A stretch of 26,974 nt of DNA, taken from Campylobacterota bacterium. GTDB taxonomy: Bacteria > Campylobacterota > Campylobacteria > Campylobacterales > Sulfurimonadaceae. Each line of letters opens with the position of its first letter. Positions within the stretch are counted from its first letter, which is position 1. The stretch covers positions 13,354 to 40,327 of the forward strand of contig JAYEMF010000130.1 of the NCBI GenBank assembly GCA_034717975.1, in the 5' to 3' direction. This document shows positions 26,855 to 26,974 of this stretch, in pieces. The translations under genes and the position numbers were made by a program. The notes under the pieces are model-generated. The model made no database searches. It was not told the DNA's origin and saw only the letters and a list, made by a program, of their open reading frames with translations.

Positions 26855-26881
26855 TAAATAAATTTTGGGTTTTGCCGATTA
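26855..26881 (+). promoter_or_regulatory. Sigma28 (FliA) promoter
   Basis: TAAA-N15-GCCGATTA. Confidence 0.85.
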
Positions 26882-26924
26882 TTATCTTTAGTAGAAATCC
26901 CCACTTGGGATAAAAGGAAAAATA

Positions 26925-26974
26925 ATGATTTCGCAAGTCAATGCTGGCACGATACGCAATGCTTATCAAAACAG
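26925..26974 (+). CDS. flgM: Probable anti-sigma28 factor FlgM, N-terminal fragment (runs off window)
   Basis: MISQVNAGTIRNAYQN with AAGGA RBS; call rests on flgI-flgJ-flgM order and the sigma28 promoter. Confidence 0.6.
   Translation, partial: MISQVNAGTIRNAYQN

Overview
Chromosomal window from a Campylobacterota bacterium (Sulfurimonas/Sulfuricurvum-like by gene order and protein style; inference). Most of it is housekeeping: flhB, DHH phosphoesterase, M23 peptidase, lpxC-tsaB-thrB-ylxR-infB-rbfA-rimP-ribD-ubiE-xseA, cbpA-hspR, murA, rsmD, and flgI-flgJ-flgM with clear sigma54 and sigma28 promoters. There are two accessory redox blocks. The first is a Tat/lipobox flavodoxin followed by an FNR-box-preceded operon of an unannotated 47-aa secreted peptide, a cytochrome c and an ABM-domain protein. 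The second is a ~10-heme cytochrome c split by a single -1 frameshift, directly upstream of a membrane diguanylate cyclase. The most unusual signal is three related hairpin-rich, ~100-160 bp elements at gene starts. One is a 141-bp tandem unit that duplicates the RBS and first 28 nt of flhB, one is a 160-bp insert between ubiE and xseA flanked by ATGAC repeats and carrying a coupled 49-codon ORF, and one is a structured leader before the gene at 20740. They share AAAGCY-N5-RGCY-(AC)GCTAA. No rRNA, tRNA, CRISPR array or transposase was seen.
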